This document shows, piece by piece, positions 60,045 through 64,000 of a DNA stretch of 64,000 nt. Position numbers and translations under genes: made by a program. Below the pieces are notes generated by a model. That model had not been told where the DNA came from. It did not search any database and saw only the letters and a program-made list of their open reading frames with translations. Location: NCBI GenBank assembly GCA_025350685.1, contig JANXXK010000271.1, positions 1,223-65,222 on the forward strand, in the 5' to 3' direction. Origin of the DNA: Alphaproteobacteria bacterium. GTDB lineage: Bacteria; Pseudomonadota; Alphaproteobacteria; Caulobacterales; Caulobacteraceae. Position 1 is the stretch's first letter. Each line of letters opens with the position of its first letter.

Positions 60045-61334
60045 GTGACCGACATTGCCCCCAACGACGCGGCCGGCCTGCCGGCCCGCGCCGCCGCCCT
60101 CGATCTGCTGACCGCGGCGCTGTCCGGGCGCAGCGGCATGGACGAGGGCCTGAACCATCCCGCCCTGGCCCGCCTCGACGGCCGCGATCGCGCCTTCGCG
60201 CGCGCCCTGGTGCTGGCGACGCTTCGTCATTTGGGGCCAATCGACTCGGCGCTGCAGGCCAAGGTGAAGAAGCCGCCGCCGGACAAGGTGGTGCAGATTC
60301 TCAGGCTCGGTGTCGCCCAGGCCTTCGTGCTGAAGACTCCTGCGCATGCGGCGGTGACTACCTGCGTGGACCTGGTCGCCCAGGACCGCGGGCTGCAGAT
60401 GTTCAAGGGTCTGGTGAACGCTGTGCTGCGCGGCCTGCTGCGCGAGCCGCCGGAACTCGCCGATCCGGAACTGCTGGCGCCGTCGTGGCTCTACGCCCGC
60501 TGGCGCGCAGCGTTCGGGGCGGACGAGGCGCGCAAGATCGCCGCCGTGATCGCCGAGGAGCCGGCCACAGACCTGTCGCTGAAGGACCCAACGGCCGCCG
60601 CAGCGCTGGGCGCCGAGGTGGAGGGCGAGGTGCTGGCGGGCGGCAGCGTGCGCACGGCGCGGCGCGGCGACGTCGCGACCTGGCCGGGTTTCGCCGAGGG
60701 CGGCTGGTGGGTGCAGGACGCCTCCGCCGCGATCCCCGCCCGGCTGCTCGCGGTGACGGCGGGCGAGACCGCGCTCGACCTCTGCGCCGCGCCGGGCGGC
60801 AAGACCCTGCAGCTGGCCGCGGCCGGGGCGAGTGTGACCGCGCTCGACCGCTCGGCGCCGCGGCTGAAGCGCGTGGCCGAGAACCTCGCCCGCACCGGCC
60901 TCTCCGCCGAGACTGTGGCCGCCGATGCGGCGACCTGGCCGGACAAGCGCAGCTTCGACGCCGTGTTGCTCGATGCGCCGTGCTCCTCCACCGGGACCTT
61001 CCGCCGCCATCCCGACGTGCTGTGGGCCGTCAAGCCCAGCGACGTGGCGGGGCTGGCCGCCGTCCAGTCGAAGCTGCTCGACGCGGCGGCGCGGCGGCTG
61101 AAGCCCGGCGGACGGCTGGTCTACTGCGTCTGCTCGCTCGAACCCGAGGAGGGCGAGGGCCAGGTCGCGGCCTTCCTCGGCCGTACGCCCGGCATGACGC
61201 TCGCGCCGATTGCCGCGGGCGAGGGCGGCGCGCCGGCGGCCAGCGTCCGGCCGGACGGAACCCTGCGCATCCTGCCGCATCATCTGCCGGGCGGAACGGA
61301 CGGCTTCTACGTGGCGCGAGTCCGCAAGGGCTGA
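60045..61334 (+). CDS. rsmB: RsmB/NOP family 16S rRNA m5C methyltransferase
   Basis: NusB-like N-terminus, WVQDASA, DLCAAPGGKT, LLDAPCSSTG, YCVCSLE. Confidence 0.92.
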   Translation: MTDIAPNDAAGLPARAAALDLLTAALSGRSGMDEGLNHPALARLDGRDRAFARALVLATLRHLGPIDSALQAKVKKPPPDKVVQILRLGVAQAFVLKTPAHAAVTTCVDLVAQDRGLQMFKGLVNAVLRGLLREPPELADPELLAPSWLYARWRAAFGADEARKIAAVIAEEPATDLSLKDPTAAAALGAEVEGEVLAGGSVRTARRGDVATWPGFAEGGWWVQDASAAIPARLLAVTAGETALDLCAAPGGKTLQLAAAGASVTALDRSAPRLKRVAENLARTGLSAETVAADAATWPDKRSFDAVLLDAPCSSTGTFRRHPDVLWAVKPSDVAGLAAVQSKLLDAAARRLKPGGRLVYCVCSLEPEEGEGQVAAFLGRTPGMTLAPIAAGEGGAPAASVRPDGTLRILPHHLPGGTDGFYVARVRKG

Positions 61335-61390
61335 GCGCCCTCTGGCCAGTCCCTCTGGTTTGGGACTGCGCATCACGTTATGGCGGAGCC

Positions 61391-62056
61391 ATGGCCCCAC
61401 GCGCTCCCCTCATTGCCCCCTCCATCCTGGCGGCGGATTTCGCGCGGCTGGGCGAGGAGGCGCGCGCCGTCGAGGCCGCCGGCGCGGACTGGTTGCACGT
61501 CGACGTCATGGACGGCCACTTCGTCCCCAACATCACCATCGGGCCGGAGGTGGTGAAGGCGCTGCGTCCGCACGTGAAGATCCCGATGGACGTCCATCTG
61601 ATGATCTCGCCGGCCGACCCCTTCCTGGAGGCGTTCCGCGCGGCGGGCGCCGACATCATCAGCGTTCACCCCGAGGCCGGGCCGCATCTCAACCGCACGC
61701 TGAAGCAGATCCGCAAGCTGGGGGCCAAGGCGGGCGTAGTGTTCAACCCCTCGACCGACCCCGGCGTCATCCAGTGGATGATGGACGACGTCGACCTGAT
61801 CCTGGTGATGTCGATCAACCCGGGGTTCGGCGGCCAGAGCTTCATGCCCTCGCAGCTCGCCAAGATCACGGCGCTACGCGCGATGATCGACGCCACCGGC
61901 CGCGACATCCCGCTGGAGGTGGACGGCGGGGTGACGCCTGAAACGGCGAAACAGTGCGTGGCCGCCGGCGCGACCGCGCTGGTCGCGGGCACGGCGGTGT
62001 TCCGTGGCGGGCCGAGCGCCTACGCGGCCAATATCGCCGCCCTGCGCGGCGCCTGA
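61391..62056 (+). CDS. rpe: Ribulose-phosphate 3-epimerase
   Basis: IAPSILAADF, HVDVMDGHFVPNIT, MSINPGFGGQ, EVDGG. Confidence 0.99.
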   Translation: MAPRAPLIAPSILAADFARLGEEARAVEAAGADWLHVDVMDGHFVPNITIGPEVVKALRPHVKIPMDVHLMISPADPFLEAFRAAGADIISVHPEAGPHLNRTLKQIRKLGAKAGVVFNPSTDPGVIQWMMDDVDLILVMSINPGFGGQSFMPSQLAKITALRAMIDATGRDIPLEVDGGVTPETAKQCVAAGATALVAGTAVFRGGPSAYAANIAALRGA

Positions 62057-62065
62057 GGCCGGGCC

Positions 62066-63814
62066 ATGTCGGGGTCGGCTCTCGACGGTCTCCCAGGCGC
62101 CTATCCGCTGCTGGCCGCCGTCACAGCCCTCGCCCGCCGCCCGGCGATGGAATGGCGAGCTTCGCCGCTGGCGCGCGCGCTCGCCGCATGGCCCCGCCCT
62201 GAAGGGCTGGCCGCCGATCCGCATGATCTGAGACCGGCCGACGCCGAGGCCGGGCGGCGCATCCTGGCCGGCGGTTTCCGGCTGGGCGGCGAGAGCCTCG
62301 CGCCTGGCCCGCGCGGCGATCCCTGGGGCAGCCCCAGCCCCAGCCGCCGCTTCGCCGAGCTGCTGCACGGCTTCGGCTGGCTGAAGGACCTGACCGTTCT
62401 GGGCGACGCGGGCTCGTGGGAGGGCCTGCGGCTGACGCTCGCCTGGGCCCGGCTGTTCGGGCGTTGGAACGGGTTTGCCTGGAGCGGCGAGGTGTTGGAG
62501 CGCCGCGTGTTCAACGTCGCGTGCGCGATCCGCGCGCTGACGGCGCCGGCGTCCGAGGCGGAAGCGGACCAGATCGCCGCCGACCTCGCCCGTCAGGCGC
62601 GGACCCTGCTGAGCGCGCCGGAAGGCCCGGTGCGCGCGGCCGAGCGGGCTACGGCGGCCGCCGTGGCGGGCGCGGCGCTGGGCGGTCCCGGCGGCGAGCA
62701 ACTTCTGGACCGGGCGCTCGGGCGGCTGGTGCGCGCGCTGCCGCAGACCGTGACCCCCGATGGCGGGCATGCGACCCGCAGCCCGCGCGCGGCGCTGGAG
62801 CTGTTCTTCGATCTCACCACCCTCGACGGCGCCCTGGTGCAGCGCGGGATCGCCGCGCCGGACGAAATGATGCGCGCGCTGGACCGGCTGGCGGCGACGG
62901 TGCGTTTCTTCACCCTGGCGGACGGCGCCCTGGCGAGCTTCCAGGGCGGTGCCGAGGCGTCGGCGTCCTACGTGGCCGCGGCGCGAGCGCAGGACGAGCT
63001 GGGCGAGCGGGCGACGCCGGCGGCCCGCAACGGGTACCATCGGCTGGGCGCCGCGGCTCTGCAGGTGATCGTCGATGGCGCGGAGCCCGCCGCGGGTGCG
63101 TGGAGCGTGGACGCCTGCGCCCAGCCGCTGGCCATGGCGGTGTTCGCCGCAGGCAAGCCGCTGGTGGTGAACTCCGGCTGGTCGGCGGCGGCGCATGCGC
63201 CCCAGGCGCTGCGGCTGGTCGACGCCGCCTCGACCGCGGCGGTGGGCGAGGCGGCCTGCGGCGCGCCGTTGAGCGGCTTCGCAGCGCAGGTCCTGGGCCA
63301 CCGCCTGCGCGACGCCGCAGGCGGCGTCGAGGCGCAGCGGCAGGAGGAGCCGGGGGCGATGCTGCTGGAGCTCAGCCACGACGGCTGGGTCCGCCGCTTC
63401 GGCCTGCGCCACGAGCGGCGGCTCCATCTCGACCGCGCGAGCGGCGAGTTGCGCGGCGAGGACAGGTTGACGCCGCTGCGCGCACGAGCCGCCCGCGACG
63501 GCCGCCGCTTCGTCCCCTTCACGGTGCGGTTCCACCTGCACCCGCTGGTCAGCGCCCTGATCGCCCGGGATCGCAAGAGCGTGCTGCTGAAGGTCGAGGG
63601 CGACGAGACCGGCTGGTGGCTGCGCAACGACGCCGCGGAGGTGCGGCTGGACGCCTCGACCCAGCTGCACGACGGCGAGGTCCGCCACGGCCAGCAGATC
63701 GTGCTGCGCGGTCAGGCGCGGCTCGACGCCGGCGCGCGCATCCGCTGGAAGATCGGTGCGGCTCACAGTCTCAGTGAGGCCGAGCGCGTTGACGTAGTAG
63801 AGGCAGCGTCCTAA
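62066..63814 (+). CDS. Heparinase II/III-like family protein
   Basis: LHGFGWL, DGGHATRSP, FFTLADGALASFQGG, ELSHDGW..RFGLRHERRL, FTVRFHLHP; conserved rpe-X-purH context. Confidence 0.8.
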   Translation: MSGSALDGLPGAYPLLAAVTALARRPAMEWRASPLARALAAWPRPEGLAADPHDLRPADAEAGRRILAGGFRLGGESLAPGPRGDPWGSPSPSRRFAELLHGFGWLKDLTVLGDAGSWEGLRLTLAWARLFGRWNGFAWSGEVLERRVFNVACAIRALTAPASEAEADQIAADLARQARTLLSAPEGPVRAAERATAAAVAGAALGGPGGEQLLDRALGRLVRALPQTVTPDGGHATRSPRAALELFFDLTTLDGALVQRGIAAPDEMMRALDRLAATVRFFTLADGALASFQGGAEASASYVAAARAQDELGERATPAARNGYHRLGAAALQVIVDGAEPAAGAWSVDACAQPLAMAVFAAGKPLVVNSGWSAAAHAPQALRLVDAASTAAVGEAACGAPLSGFAAQVLGHRLRDAAGGVEAQRQEEPGAMLLELSHDGWVRRFGLRHERRLHLDRASGELRGEDRLTPLRARAARDGRRFVPFTVRFHLHPLVSALIARDRKSVLLKVEGDETGWWLRNDAAEVRLDASTQLHDGEVRHGQQIVLRGQARLDAGARIRWKIGAAHSLSEAERVDVVEAAS

Positions 63815-63825
63815 GCCCCGGACCA

Positions 63826-63901
63826 TTCCGCGTGACTGGCGAAACTAAGGTGGGCGACCACCGGGGAGCGCGGAACCATAGAACCGCCGCTCGCCTGGGC
63901 A
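63826..63901 (+). ncRNA. ZMP/ZTP riboswitch (pfl RNA)
   Basis: P1 ttccgcg/cgcggaa, conserved GUGACUGGCG, P2 ggtgg-gcga-ccacc, GGGGAGCG, and 3' module gccgctcgcctgggca, directly upstream of purH. Confidence 0.92.
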
Positions 63902-63926
63902 TTTTCTCTGACGCCAGGAGAGTGCC

Positions 63927-64000
63927 GTGCCGGCCGCGCCCGATTTCCCGCAAGCTCCAGACCGCGCCCCGATCAAGCGCGCGCTGATCTCCGTCTCGGA
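63927..64000 (+). CDS. purH: Bifunctional AICAR transformylase/IMP cyclohydrolase (5' fragment)
   Basis: AGGAG RBS, GTG start; MPAAPDFPQAPDRAPIKRALISVS. Confidence 0.93.
   Translation, partial: MPAAPDFPQAPDRAPIKRALISVS

Overview
GC-rich alphaproteobacterial chromosome segment from the Caulobacteraceae (Phenylobacterium/Caulobacter-like) that spans the replication origin. The hemE–ppsR intergenic region (22004-22524) carries CtrA boxes, GANTC sites and weak DnaA boxes. Two perfect parS palindromes (13682, 17108) and the mnmE / mnmG-rsmG-parA-parB block lie to its left. The rest is mostly conserved housekeeping content: leuS-lptE-holA, rho, hemJ/H/E, maf-aroE-coaE-dnaQ, secB, timA-mltA-smr, the his operon, nth, fabA-fabB-fabI, emrAB-tetR, a ubi hydroxylase, cnoX, proX, tRNA-Gly(GCC), argG, kup, pyrF, rsmB, rpe, and a ZMP/ZTP riboswitch in front of purH. 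I found no CRISPR array, prophage, integrase or transposase. The best unexplained signals are small and regulatory: (1) a TetR module with three matching GTGAT-N6-ATCAC operators covering a hydrolase, DoxX and LysE; (2) a GcvA-like LysR whose palindromic T-N11-A box overlaps its own stop codon and sits about 63 nt upstream of a predicted promoter for an orphan 54-aa membrane peptide; (3) an origin with no canonical DnaA box; (4) a modular REP-like palindrome family. Two single-base frameshifts (coaE and a GST) are most likely assembly errors. Product calls rest on motif and synteny recognition only; no database search was run.
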